DNA of 63,957 nucleotides, filler included, from Reclinomonas americana ATCC 50394 (Eukaryota): NCBI GenBank assembly GCA_048213135.1. It is 6 parts of 3 records of this genome, joined end to end, with 100 filler letters (N's around TTAATTAATTAA, not from the genome) between each part and the next. Parts side by side here need not be neighbours in the genome. Positions count along the whole stretch, not along the records: positions 46,958 to 61,294 come from PS015072.1; positions 61,395 to 62,690 come from PS015075.1; positions 62,791 to 63,957 come from PS015094.1; 3 more parts are not named here. One strand, 5' to 3'. Shown piece by piece: positions 51,626 to 63,957 of this stretch (position 1 is its first letter; each line of letters starts with the position of its first letter). The notes under the pieces were generated by a model. It saw only the letters and a program-made list of their open reading frames with translations, ran no database searches and was not told where the DNA came from. The position numbers and the translations under genes were made by a program.

Positions 51626-53957
51626 AGCAGTGAGCAGTGAGGGGAAGAGAGGAGAGGAGAAGAGGAGAGACAAGAAGTGAGAGTGAGAGGGGATTGTGTA
51701 GAATCCCTTTTGTTGTCTCATATCTTCCCGTGCATCTCTTATGTGCATTCTTTCCACTTCTCCTTTCTTCTTTCTCTCTTCTCTCCTGTTGTGTCCTCTC
51801 TGCTCTTCTGCTCTGTCCTTCTTTCCTCTTCTCTTCTCTTCTCTTCTCTCATCCTCTCTGCTTTTCTTCTCTCTCCTCTCTCCTCTCCTCTCTTCTCTCT
51901 CTCTNNNNNNNNNNNNNNNNNNNNNNNNNNNNNNNNNNNNNNNNNNNNNNNNNNNNNNNNNNNNNNNNNNNNNNNNNNNNNNNNNNNNNNNNNNNNNNNN
52001 NNNNTCTCCTCTCCTGTTCTTCTCCTCTTCCTTTTTTCTTCTTTCTTTCTTCTCTTCTCTTCGTCTCTTCTCTTCCCCCACTCTCTCTTCTCTGCCCTCT
52101 GCTCTTCTCTTCTCCCTTACTCTCTGCTCTTCTCCTCTCCCTTACTCTCTGCTCTTCTCCTCCCTTACTCTCTGCTCTTCTCCTCTCTCCTTGTCTCCCC
52201 TTCTCTTCTCAAGTCATTCTCCTTCTCTTCTCCTCTTCTCGCCTCCTCTCCTTCTTCTCTTCCCGTCTCGTCTCCTTTCTTCTTGTCCCTTGCCCCTCAT
52301 CGCTTCTTCAATTCTCTCTAATCCCCATTTCTCTTGCCTTCTTTCTCTCCCCTTTGTCTTCTCATCTCCTTTCTTCCTCCTTCTCCAGTCCTCCTCTCTC
52401 TGCTGGTCTCTATCTGACCTCCCGCTTTCATCCTGCAGCCAACACGGCCCCGCGATCATCAGCGCGCATGGAATCGAATGAATCGGGCTACGATCGCACA
52501 TTCTGGGTGGGCGACACGTTTGAGGAGCTGGCCGGCGTGTACGACGTGGATGGCGAGCAGATTGGGCATGGTGAGTCGATTCACACCCTTGCCTGCTCAT
52601 TGACAGTCCGCCTTAGTTCTCATCTCCTTGCCGCTCGCTGAGTTGTTGTCTTTCGCTCTCCGCTTCCCCTTTGTTTCTCGTCTCATCGCCGCTTGTTGAG
52701 TTGTTGTCTTTCGCTCTCCTCTTGCCCTTTGTTTCTCTCACTGCCACTTGCTGTGGGCATGTTTCGACCGTTAGTTTTCTCGACTCACTGCCACGTGCTG
52801 AGTTGTTGTCTTTCCCTCTCCTCTTGCCCTTGTTTCTCTCACTGCGCTTGCTGTGGGCTTGTCCCGACCGTTTATTATCTCGTCTCCTTGCCGCTTGCTG
52901 AGTTCTTGTCTTGCGCTCTCCCCTTGCCCTGTGTTTTCTTGTCTCATCGCCGCTTGCTGAGTTGTTGTCTTTCGCTCTCCTCGTGCCGTTTGCTTCTCTC
53001 ACTGGTGGGCTTTTCTCGACCCTTGGTCTCATGGCGTATCTTGATACGACTCTCTTCTTGTCATAGCTCGTCTTGTTACCGTTTGTTGTCGCCCCACTCT
53101 TATTGTCCTTCTCAAGTCTGACCCTTCTTGCCTTTCATTCACTTCTGCTGTCGTTTTCGCTTCCCCCCCTTTTTTTCTCCCTCTTGTGCTCACCCTCTCC
53201 ACAGGCGGCTTCAGCTTCGTCTACCGCGCTGTCCGTGCCCGGCAACCTGGCAAGGGACGCACCGTGGCCATCAAGCGCATCCACTGCAGCACCGGCACAC
53301 AGAAAATCAAAATGGAGCTGGAGGTGTTGCACCTGCTGCGCGGCAGGCCATACATTGTGCAGCTGCTCGACTTTCGCACCAAGAGCGCACAATGCAGTCT
53401 GGTCTTCGAGCATTTTGAGCATGCGCGCTTTCGAGTTGCGTCGCAGGGCGATAGACAGACAGAGGGAGTGGGTAGTAGAAAGGGGGAGCAGGTGACAGAC
53501 AGAGGGAGCAGCGGCAGCACAGCTGGAGCGGGTGACAGAAAGAAGGAGCAGGTACAGACAGGGAACAGGAATGAGACGAAGCAGGCGCAAGCAGCGGTAG
53601 ACAGACAGAGTGAGTAGGCGACAAGTAGAGGGAGCCGGCGACAGACAGAGGGAGCAAGCGCAGAAAGAAGGAGCAGGGCGTCGCCTGCTCTCTCGCCTTG
53701 CTTCCATTGTCTGCCGCCTGCTCTCTCTCTCTCTCTCTCTCTCTCTGTCTGTCTGTCTGTCTGTCTGTCAGTCACTTGCTCTTTCCATCCTGTCGCCAGC
53801 TCTCTGTCTATCGCCTGCTCCCTCTGTCCGTTGCTTGCCCCCTCTGTCTTGTCGCTGGCTCCCTCTCTCTTGACCGACAGAGAACAGGCGACCGATAGAG
53901 AGAACGGGCGACCGGTAGAGGAGCTGGTCAGACAAGAGGGAGCAGGTGACAGACCAA

Positions 53958-54015
<58 letters not shown>

Positions 54016-57000
54016 AGACGATAGACAAGAGAGAGCAGACGACAGACAAGAGAGAGCAGGCCGCAGAGAGAGGAAGCCGGCGACAGACAAGAGTGAGCAG
54101 GCGCAAGCAGAGAGAACAAGCGGTAGACAGAACGCAGGGGGAGCAGGCGACAGACAATGGGAGTGCGTCTCTCCCCTTCTCCTCCCCCCCTCCCCCCTTC
54201 CCCCTTCCCCCGCCCCCTTCTCACCTCCTTGGCCGCAGGACTACATGGAGGAATTCCAGCTGCCGCACATTCGCGTGTACATGAACGCCCTGCTGACGGC
54301 GCTGGCGTCGCTGCACGAGTTCAAGTACATTCACCGCGACATCAAGCCATCCAACTTTCTGTGCCGCCCCAACTTTGAGGACCCGGAGGCGAGCGAATTT
54401 CGCCTGGTCGATTTCGGACTGGCGCAGCGCGAGAAGACAACGGCTCGCACATTCGGCAAGTCACCGACGGCGCGCACCAAGCCTGCCCAGGCTCCACTGC
54501 ATCCACGCAGTCCGTCCTCGCGGCCCGCAATGCCGCTGCGAGGGGTGCCGAGTTGAGTGGAATCTACACTCTCAAGTTCCCTTTTTTTGCGCTGAATGCT
54601 CACATTCTTTCAACAGCCGGCAGTGGCAGTGGCGTCGGTGGTAGTGGTGGCGTTGGTGGTGGTGAAAAGTTTGTCTCGCCCGGAACGACGATGATGATGC
54701 CGGTTAGACCGCAGATCCCGCGACCGCCGGCTCCAGGCACCATCACGTCGTTGGAGCAAGTGAGGTGCGGGGGGAGGGGAAGGGAGGGACGGACGGAGGG
54801 TGATGGGGAAGAGGGGAAGGGAGGCGGAGGGAAGAGTTGTGAGGAGGATAGGGGGATGAGTGGTGGAGGGGGTATTGTCTCAAAAGAGAATTGTTGGAGT
54901 GCGAGTGAAGTTCAAAGACGACACAGGGTGAAGATGAGAGGAAGTGAGAGCGCAGCCTCATGGATGCGGAGAAGATTAGAAAAAAGGAAGATCAATTGCG
55001 CAGTGCATATCGCGGTCAGGGGGACTGGAGCACGAAGAATCAAAGGCAGAAGCTAGGGAGTGCAAAGCAACTGTACACAGCACAGAGGCAGGAAAGCAGT
55101 TGAATCGCGAGTGCGCAACACGTTGACGAGAGTCGAGTGATAGCAGTGGAAAACAAGCGAGAGAACAATGCGGGAAGTGAGAGCACCAGAAGCCACAGAG
55201 CTCTCGATTGAAGATATTTAGGATAGTATGAGACCACAAAGAAGTGCATTGTGGCGCGGTTGCAGAGTCGAAAGAAGGCAGGAAGATGAGTGTATTCGCA
55301 AGGGCTGGGACTCAGAATTATACTCTTCTCTCTTTTCCCAATCCCCTCTCCTCCTCTCCCCTCTCCTCCTCCACTCCTCTCCTCCCCGCGACCGTTTTTC
55401 ATTCTTTCGTCTCTCTTCCTTTCTCCCTCTTCCCGCTCTCCTCCCTCTCCCTTTCCCTTTCCCACTCTCTTCCTCTCTCCCTTCCCTTCCACTTCTCCTT
55501 TCCTTCAACTGTCGTTTAGTCTCGTTCTCGTTTTGTTTTATTCGCTCACTCGTGAACTCCCGCTTTCTCCCTCTGCCTTTCTCCTCGCCTCTGTCCTTTC
55601 TCATATGTTTTCGCCATCTCTTTCTCTACTGGTTGTCTTGCGCCGTGCTTTTGCCTTTGCAGTTCTTCTCCATCATTTCCTCATGCTCGTCTGCTACCGT
55701 TTGTGTGTGTGTGTCATGTATTGCTTGTCTCTCTTTGTTCTCATCACTCATCGCGCATGGCCTGTGTCATCCACTGACCCTCCTCTTCGTGTTCCAGCTC
55801 ATTCTTGCTTCTATCGCGGATGCCCTCTCTTCCCCCTGACCCCTTTCCCTATGCTCTTTCCCTTTGCCTCCTCTCGCAGACCCATCATGTCGGCCAACCG
55901 CGGCGGCACGCGCGGCTTCCGCCCACCCGAGGTTCTCGTCAAGTCATCGTGCCAGACCACAGCCATTGACGTGTGGGCCGCCGGCGTCATCCTGCTCAGT
56001 CTGCTGAGCAAAAAGTACCCGATTTTCGTGGGCACCGACGATCTCACCTCACTGGCCGAGTTCACCAGCGCCATTGGCACCAAGGCACTGAATGACGGCC
56101 TGCGACCGCTGGAGCGGGTCATTGAGGAGTCGCCGTTGGAGAAGGGGCATGGTGGATGGCGGGGGTTTGTGAGATTGTTGCGTAACAGGAGAAGGCGGAA
56201 AGATTACCTTGTCCTTTGTGTGTGTCTCTCTCTCCCCCTTACTTATCGTCTTGCCGCTCTTGCTTCATTTCCCTCTCTCTCTCTCTGTCTGTCTTTATCT
56301 CTCCCCTTGTCTCATTTGCTCTCTCTCTCCCCACTCTCGTCCCCTTCCATTCTCCGTTCCTTCTTCGCTCTCTTGCTCGCCTTTGTCTCATTAGCTCTCA
56401 CTTGCAGCTATCGCTTTCTCTCCTCCCTCTCCGCTCACCTCTCCCTCTCCGCTCACCTGTCCCTCTTTTCTCTCATTTTCTCGCACATGTCTGTCTCTGC
56501 GCCTCACTCTGTGTCTCTCCCCTCTATCTTCCTCATTCTCTCCATTATTCATACTCTCCCCCTCACCTCCGTGTCTCTCCCCTTACTTTCATCTCCCGTC
56601 TTTTGTCTTTCTCTTCCTCTCATGGCTCTCCTTACATATCCCTTCCGCTTATTTCCCTCATTCCCTCCCGCGCCGCCTGTCTTGTCTTCTCGTTGCGCCT
56701 CGCCTCTCTCCTACTCCTTCACCTCCGTCCAGCTCGATTCCTCTCGCTCTCTCNNNNNNNNNNNNNNNNNNNNNNNNNNNNNNNNNNNNNNNNNNNNNNN
56801 NNNNNNNNNNNNNNNNNNNNNNNNNNNNNNNNNNNNNNNNNNNNNNNNNNNNNNNNNNNNNNNNNNNNNNNNNNNNNNNNNNNNNNNNNNNNNNNNNNNN
56901 NNNNNNNNNNNNNNNNNNNNNNNNNNNNNNNNNNNNNNNNNNNNNNNNNNNNNNNNNNNNNNNNNNNNNNNNNNNNNNNNNNNNNNNNNNNNNNNNNNNN

Positions 57001-57850
57001 NNNNNNNNNNNNNNNNNNNNNNNNNNNNNNNNNNNNNNNNNNNNNNNNNNNNNNNNNNNNNNNNNNNNNNNNNNNNNNNNNNNNNNNNNNNNNNNNNNNN
57101 NNNNNNNNNNNNNNNNNNNNNNNNNNNNNNNNNNNNNNNNNNNNNNNNNNNNNNNNNNNNNNNNNNNNNNNNNNNNNNNNNNNNNNNNNNNNNNNNNNNN
57201 NNNNNNNNNNNNNNNNNNNNNNNNNNNNNNNNNNNNNNNNNNNNNNNNNNNNNNNNNNNNNNNNNNNNNNNNNNNNNNNNNNNNNNNNNNNNNNNNNNNN
57301 NNNNNNNNNNNNNNNNNNNNNNNNNNNNNNNNNNNNNNNNNNNNNNNNNNNNNNNNNNNNNNNNNNNNNNNNNNNNNNNNNNNNNNNNNNNNNNNNNNNN
57401 NNNNNNNNNNNNNNNNNNNNNNNNNNNNNNNNNNNNNNNNNNNNNNNNNNNNNNNNNNNNNNNNNNNNNNNNNNNNNNNNNNNNNNNNNNNNNNNNNNNN
57501 NNNNNNNNNNNNNNNNNNNNNNNNNNTCTCTCTCTCTCTCTCTCTCTTCGTCTCCGCTTCCTACTTCCCCCTGTTTTCCTTCTCTCCAGTTCTCTATTTT
57601 TGCCTTCCCCTCCCCTGTTCCTTCCCCTCCCTCACTCCCACTCTCTCGCAGCACTGGCAACGCACAATGGCTGGCGACACAGGATCAAGAGGAACTCGAG
57701 CAGTGTTTCGACCTGTTGGAGCGCCTCCTCGAGGTGAACCCGTGCGCACGTATCAGTGCGGCCACGGCGTTACAGCATGGCTTCTTCAGGCCCGCCGAGA
57801 GTGAGCTGGCTGTGCCCATGGCAGTGGATGTGGTGGCTGCTGCTAGGTGA
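50744..57850 (+). CDS. CDC7: Cell division cycle 7-related kinase, 7 exons
   Basis: Exons 50744-50966, 52439-52570, 53205-53434, 54239-54551, 54617-54764, 55880-56176 and 57652-57850. IGHGGFSFVY, VAIKRI, HRDIKPSNFL, LVDFGLAQ followed by a long insert, then the Cdc7 signature ANRGGTRGFRPPEVLVK..QTTAIDVW. Confidence 0.92.
50809..51600 (+). repeat. Three tandem copies (about 290-bp period) of the 3' part of CDC7 exon 1 plus its donor site
   Basis: gaggagaatgagagtcggcctct.agtaagaggcgg...gatgaggccgcct.cgtcgtcgagaagttgcgc near 50850-50972, 51120-51270 and 51422-51564. Confidence 0.9.
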
Positions 57851-57922
57851 GGGCTGTCTGTGGGGAAAGTGGATTGTCGTGATGCATGCGCTCACTCCTT
57901 GTGTGCAGGACTGCAACGGATA

Positions 57923-59277
57923 ATGTTGCGGAAAAGGCGGAAGCGGCGGTCGTTCCCCCACAGTGCGTCAGTTGTGAGTCGTTCATGTAGAGGGTCGGTT
58001 CTGAAGCAAGTCTGCTTGCAGGGTTGCACCAATGGTGGACGACGTGGTTGTCGCGAGGTTTGTGCTGTGTTGAGGTCACAGTCGCCTGTTGCTGGTTGCT
58101 CAAACTGTGTTGGTTCTACAGTGCGCAGTCCGTTGTCGAAGATGAGGAGGCGGTGAAGGCGGATATACGGCGGTGCGAAGCATGTTGTTCTATAGTGGCT
58201 TCCGCCTGTACTGGTCGCTTAAGTTTTCTGGTTCTGCAGAGCGGAGGCCGATGGCAAGGACGCGGAAGACGCAGTAAGGTGCATTGGCCTCTGTTTCAGT
58301 CGTCCGTGCCGTTGAATTCTAATCTCCATGGCGTTGATATTGCAGGGGGGAGGCTGTCGACAACTTGGACATTGCAGGCCCTGTAAAGTACGTTGGCGAT
58401 GTTCTTTTGCCCATACATCACTCTACTGATAACTGACCGCGAACCCACGCAGAGGAGAAGCGGCTGTCGACAAGTCGGACAAGGCAGGCGTAGCGAGGTG
58501 CGTTGGTGATGTGCTGTTGCTTTTGTATCATGTGCTGATGGCTGATGACGCATCGTCGACGCAGAGAGGAGGCGATTGCCGATGATGCTGACAAGGAGGA
58601 GACCGCACTCGTCGAACAGATTGAAGAGTTGCGGTGCGTCTCTGGGCACGAGAAGCAGTTTGTTTGCTTGCGTGCTGTGCTGACCTGGAATACAGTGAGG
58701 AAGTGGTCGGCGGAGATGACAAGGAGGTCGTGGATTCGAAGAGGTTTGTAGATGTGGCGCCACTCTTGCATGGTTTCGATTGCTGACGTGTTTTGCGAAG
58801 CAGAAAGAAGGCGATGGATGATGTCGTGAAGCGGTTTGTGTCCACCACCTCGCGTTCTCATTCTAGAGTTGGGTACTCATACAATCGTACCGCCTCAGAG
58901 ACGCCGGCAGCACAGTGGATGTGGTTGTGGCGCGTCGGTGAGTATGCTGAAGTGACGCGCGCAGCTGTTGTGATCTCTCTAACCTCGCCTCCACGGATGC
59001 AGCCGCGAAAAGTCCCGCTCTGTGGAAGACAAGGACTTTGAGCGAGAGAAGAGGTGAAGCGATCGTGCATTTTCTCTTTTTCGCTCGTGCCGCTCTCATT
59101 CTGTGGTGGAATGCAGTCCGCGTCACGGCTCGAGAAAGCGGTCTAGTGGGGAGGCTCGCAAGTCGGACCCCGTCGACGTGCTCATCCGCACCGACGACGC
59201 CGAGCAAGAGGAGCCACCGCGCAAGCGACGAAGCCCATCAAAAGCTTCATCCCACAAAAGATAATGAAATCTGTTAG
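57923..59277 (+). CDS. Possible unknown multi-exon gene between CDC7 and SURF1-like
   Basis: Non-repetitive coding-like segments (VEDEEAVKADIRR; EEAIADDADKEETALVEQIEELR; KKAMDDVVKR) bounded by plausible CAG/GTG sites. No domain recognised and the model was not fully reconstructed. Confidence 0.35.
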
Positions 59278-59420
59278 CGCATTCAGCAAAACTATAGTGC
59301 ACTTGTTTACGATTTCTCGGGTGATTCAGCAGCCCGTCAAAGGCGTCTTCCCGCAAACGATAATGAAATCTAATGGCGCATTCAACAAAACTATAGTGCA
59401 CTTGTTTACGATTTCTAGGG
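59260..59420. repeat. Two-copy direct repeat of about 100 bp
   Basis: gataatgaaatct...gcgcattca.caaaactatagtgcacttgtttacgatttct occurs twice. Confidence 0.8.
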
Positions 59421-59450
59421 CGACTCAACAAAAAATAACCCTCAGGGAGC

Positions 59451-60793
59451 TCACTTCGGTGCTTTCTTCATGACCGTGGTGATGGCCATGAGAAGGGTGA
59501 CGGCGCTGACGGACCACCAGCCGGCGAGTTTCAAGTAGTGCGAGGCCAGCGAGCCAGAACTCATCGAGTCGACCACGTCGAAGAAGGTGGGGGTGATGGG
59601 GAGGGTGGCGGTGGGTGGGGTGGAGGGTGGGCGGAGGTCTGGGGGGGAAAGAGAAGGGGAAGGGGAAGGGGTGAGGGAGGAAAGGGGTAGATAGGGGAAG
59701 GGGGGGAGAGGATGGGGGGAAGAGCATGGGGAAAGAGCTAAGGGGGAAGAGCATGGGGGAAGAGCAAGGGGGAAGAGCGAAGAGGGAAGAGCGAAAGGGG
59801 AAGAGCATGGGGGTAGAGCATGGGGGAGAGGATGGGGGAGAGGATAGGGGAGAGGATGGGGGGAGAGGATGGGAGAAGAGAATGGGGGAAGAGAATGGGG
59901 GAAGAGCGAAGGGGGAAGAACGAAGGGGGAAGAACGAAGGGGGAAGAGCGAAAGGGGAAGAGCGAAGGGGGAAGAGCGAAAGGGGAAGAGCAAGGGGGAG
60001 GACAGCTAAGAAGGAAGCGAAGGGAGAAAGAACATAGAGAGGGATAGGGTGTAAGAGCAGAGGAAAAAAGACACCCACACAAGAGAAAGAGAGAGCGAGA
60101 GAGAGAGCGAAAGTGGGACAGAAGTTAGAAATAAAGAGAGCGCGATTAGAATGGACGGGGAGCACAGCGCGAGAAACGGAAGTGAGACACGCGCGGACAC
60201 TCAACGAGGATACAAAGTTAACAGCAACACAGAGAGAAGGCGGCAGGGTGCTATGTGTGCGAAAGAGAAAGGCAACATGGAAGAGGAACGCATGGACGAC
60301 AACTCACCAACAGCCTGAATATAGAAAATGTTCGACGGCGTCCCGAGACGCTGCTGCAGAGCGCGCGGATCGACCACCTTCAACGGATCGGCGTCGGGAT
60401 CACGCTACACAGAACAGTGAGAATGTAATAGAGAAGCGTGGAGACGCTCAACGGAATTCACCGGCGCCAGCCGCACAATGCCCTCCACCGTCACCGCCTC
60501 CGCACTCGTCGTCAGCTCCGCACCCTGCGGCAACAATCCACGATCGACCAGGAAAACATCACTGCATAGCAACACACCAGTTAGCATCAGTCTATCCACA
60601 AAGGGCGACCCTCTGGCGCGTAACTTTGAGTCGGCCACACGCAGCGCAGTCACCACATGCATGCCAGTTGTCGCGCCACACGTCACCGGTCCAATCAGCG
60701 CCGTCTTGTCGGCAATCCATGTGCCAGACACAGAGACGCGGCGGTACTCGGAGCCGGCTCCGCGGGTGGGTTGGTGTGGGTCGTACGAGAGAC
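59451..60793 (-). CDS. SURF1/Shy1-like cytochrome oxidase assembly protein, 5' end unresolved
   Basis: Exons 60625-60793 (EYRRVSVSGTW...LIGP...GMHVVTAL), 60453-60561 (FLVDRGLLP...VTVEGIVR), 60308-60404 and 59451-59638 (HYLKLAGWWSVSAV, C-terminal TM). Confidence 0.7.
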
Positions 60794-60924
60794 TGTGAGA
60801 AGGCGAAAAGAGTCAGGATCTCAAGCAATCGCAGTAACAGGCACCTCGGCTGCTTCAGGAGTCATTGGGCTCTTCTAGTTATTCAATGGCTCACTCATTG
60901 GCTGCTCAAGTTGTCACCTGCGTT

Positions 60925-60959
<35 letters not shown>

Positions 60960-62364
60960 CTTGCAATACATCCATCAGTTCATCACAGCACTCACTCACT
61001 CACTCACTCACTCACTCACTCACTCACTCACTCACTCACTCACTCACTCACTCACTCACTCACTCACTCACTCACTCACTCACTCACTCACTCACTCACT
61101 CACTCACTCACACTCTCACTCACTCACTCACTCACTCACTCACTCTCTCTCTCACTCACTCACTCACACTCTCACTCACTCACTCTCTCACTCTCTCACT
61201 CTCTCACTCTCTCTCTCTCTCTCTCTCACTCACTCACTCACTCACTCACTCACTCACTCACTCACTCACTCACTCACTCTCTCTCTCTCTCTCANNNNNN
61301 NNNNNNNNNNNNNNNNNNNNNNNNNNNNNNNNNNNNNNTTAATTAATTAANNNNNNNNNNNNNNNNNNNNNNNNNNNNNNNNNNNNNNNNNNNNAAGGGA
61401 AGGGTGGAGGGGAGGGTAGAGAGGAGGAGAAGGCTAGGAAGCGGAGAGGAACAGCGTGTATTCACCGAAGGCACAGTTTTGTGTGTGAGATGTTGAGTAT
61501 GTGTCGGCCAAAACCATAGCTCGTGTGTATGCAAGGATGAGAAATGTGGAGCAGGGAGCGTTAACTAAATGGCGGATAATGTTGATGAGAAGACGAGAAA
61601 GTGGAGGAAGGCAGAGTAGTGCATGAGAAGATGAGCAATTGGACGGAGGCAGCGTGTGCATTCACCGATCGCCGAGCTTCGTGCATGACACGATGAGAAA
61701 GTGATGTGTGCATTCCGAGAGCTGGGCTTGATAATATCAGAAGCTGGAGAGTTGTGGAGTGCATGTGTCTATGAGAGCACTGCGCCTGAGAGGCTGAGAA
61801 AGTGCGTTGATCGAAGCAAAGTGTGTGCGTTCAGAGAAGAGGTGTGGGGCAGAGCTTCGTGCATGGGAACTTGGGAAATGGTGAAGGCTTGATGTGTTTG
61901 CAGTCCACCAATGATAGAGATGTGTGATTGGAAGCTCGTGAAGTTAGTGAGAGAGAGATAATTTAGTTAGCGCGTGAGGACGTAGAGAGTGACTGTGTGC
62001 GGGTGTGCGTCTTGCTCGTTCGAGGATTCGCCCACTCCCTCATTGACCGGAAATGTGTTTGTTGGTGAACTAGAAGATCGCGAATGAGTGTGATCAGAGA
62101 GCGTGTGCAACGGTTGAAAGATCCTTCATGATCCTTCGTGTGACGTTGTGCTTTGGTTGATTTTCTACGCTGCTCGTACGCGTGTTCGTTGAGAAGAGTC
62201 AATTGTGTGTAGGTGTGTGCATGTGCTTCGCTTGGTTCTTTGCTGTTCGTGTTCCTGTGTGGTTTGAATGTGCACGTGAATGGGAATGATCGCGCTCTCT
62301 CGAGAGAGATTTTCTTTGCGTATGTGCCTGACTGACCTCTTTCCCCTCTCTCCCCTTTCCACAG

Positions 62365-62603
62365 GCCCCTCCGCCGCCCCCGCCTCCTCCGCCACCAGCT
62401 ACCTCGCCGCCGGCAACCCACACCAAATGCCAACATCGGGCGCCGGCACCATGTCAACCTACGTGCTGAACGACGCTGCGCCGGAGCTGGCAGAGTGGGT
62501 GGCCAAGTGGATGACACTGGAGGTGTATGTGAAGATGAAGTTCACCGAGGAGGAGGACGAGGATTCGGATGAGGAAGACGACCCTGCAGCTGATGATGAA
62601 GAG
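62365..62603 (+). CDS. Isolated exon of an unknown gene with an acidic tail
   Basis: Polypyrimidine tract and CAG acceptor at 62364, coding-like sequence (ELAEWVAKWMTLEVYVKMKF), GTATGA donor near 62604. Confidence 0.45.
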
Positions 62604-62790
62604 GTATGAGAGAATCGTCGCACAAACAACCCTCTTCCCGTCATTCATGATGGTCGCGTTGCGCAGGAGGACGATGACGATGAGCGATTGNNNNNNNNNN
62701 NNNNNNNNNNNNNNNNNNNNNNNNNNNNNNNNNNTTAATTAATTAANNNNNNNNNNNNNNNNNNNNNNNNNNNNNNNNNNNNNNNNNNNN

Positions 62791-63944
62791 CGCTTGGTGA
62801 CAAAAACAAGCGCAACTCGGGCCGGTTCGCCGAGGTCGATGTAGGCCAGGATGCGACCAACGAGGTCCGGGGGAAGCACAGTGCTGTGCGCCCCTCGAGC
62901 TGCAGTGAACGAGTGCCGTCGCTGAGCGGCGGTCGGACTCCGACGTTCACCGCGACCGCGCGGACTCGCCGGCGACGGCAGCACCGACGACACCAGCGCA
63001 TTCAGCTGCCGTACTCTGCTATGCTGCTCCTGCGAATCGAGCAACTCTTTCACCACCGGCGTCAGCAGCGGCCGTGATCCGGGCGGCGATCGCGCCAGGT
63101 GCTTCAGTCGGCGCCACAGTCGACTGGTCTCATCAACCTCCACCGTCTCATCCAACACCTCGCCGCTCTCCTCCGCCGACTGCACCGGCGGCAGCGGCGT
63201 GCGGGGCGAGTGCGGTGGCGACGACGACTGCTGTGGCGTCGCAGCGGGCGCGTCGGCGAAGCGCACTCGACTCGGTGACCACGGCTTGTTCGCCCCCGGC
63301 GATGGCGACGCCGGTGCCTGCTTGGGCGATGCCTGCGGTGGCGGCGATCGTCGTCGAGCAGTTGGCGTCGTCGGAGGCGATCCGTCACTGGTGGGTGTGG
63401 TGAGTGGCAGCAGGCGCGTTGGAGCCAGCGACTGTCGTCGAGGTCGCGGTGCTGCCGATGCCGCCTTGGCATCCTCGGCCTTCAATGCACGACGCAGCAA
63501 CATCAATCCCATCTCCTCGGCCTCGGAGTCACGACGGCGCTCTTCGCTGTCGTCGGAGCGCGACGGCGCTGCATGCTCCGTGAGCGACGCAAACGCAGTG
63601 GGCGAGAGCATGGCGGGATCATGCTGCACCAGTTCGTGCGGCAACAGCGGAGGACTGGCCGCGCGGTGCAGTCGCTCGTGAGAGTCGCGCATGGCGCTGC
63701 CTACGGGTGGCGGGGAGCGCCGACCGTGTCGTGGAGGCGACACGAGTGCAGCTCGCGCCTCTTGCAGATCGCGTTCGTCATCATTGCGTGGTGTGTGGGG
63801 TGTGAGAGGCGCTGAGGCGTCGCCGCCGTTGTGAGTGAGCGGCGAGCGCGGTGGTGATGAGAGTGCTGTGGGTGAGTAATCCACACGCTCAGCTCGTTCC
63901 GGGTCCAGCGCAGGTGAGCGCCCAACGCGAGTGCGCATCGTCAT
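62791..63944 (-). CDS. F-box protein with long S/P-rich disordered N-terminal region, truncated by gap
   Basis: Long open GC-rich ORF ending in the F-box motif VLPPDLVGRILAYIDLGEPARVALVFVTK. Confidence 0.65.
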
Positions 63945-63957
63945 GATTGTGAAGTGA

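Overview
Draft-assembly window from an intron-rich, microsatellite-laden eukaryotic nuclear genome, probably a flagellated protist (it has CFAP161). It contains many N gaps, artificial TTAATTAATTAA linkers and TACG-type read-end noise. Most long ORFs in the supplied track are low-complexity artefacts; real genes had to be rebuilt exon by exon from protein motifs and splice phases. Genes supported: a coiled-coil/IQ-like unknown, a divergent GH3/GHDC-like acyl-amido synthetase, CFAP161, an R3H-SUZ RNA-binding protein (middle contig inverted), a multi-EF-hand protein, exosome RRP45, a divergent CCT-eta-like chaperonin, two tandem secreted cadherin-like/PAN-Apple paralogues (the complete one with NHL repeats), bacterial-type methylisocitrate lyase PrpB, a Ubl-HEPN-NACHT-pentapeptide-WD40 NLR-like receptor, Cdc7 kinase, SURF1-like and an F-box protein. 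Two signals stand out. (1) A second, abundant class of 5' splice sites, GTTGCG/GTTGAG/GTTACG: the usual GT-RMG donor with an extra T, G moved from +5 to +6, and never G at exon -1. It is inferred at 19 junctions across ten genes. (2) A protist NLR-like protein carrying an Rx4H HEPN effector and HET-E-like near-identical WD40 repeats. All gene models are manual inferences without RNA data.
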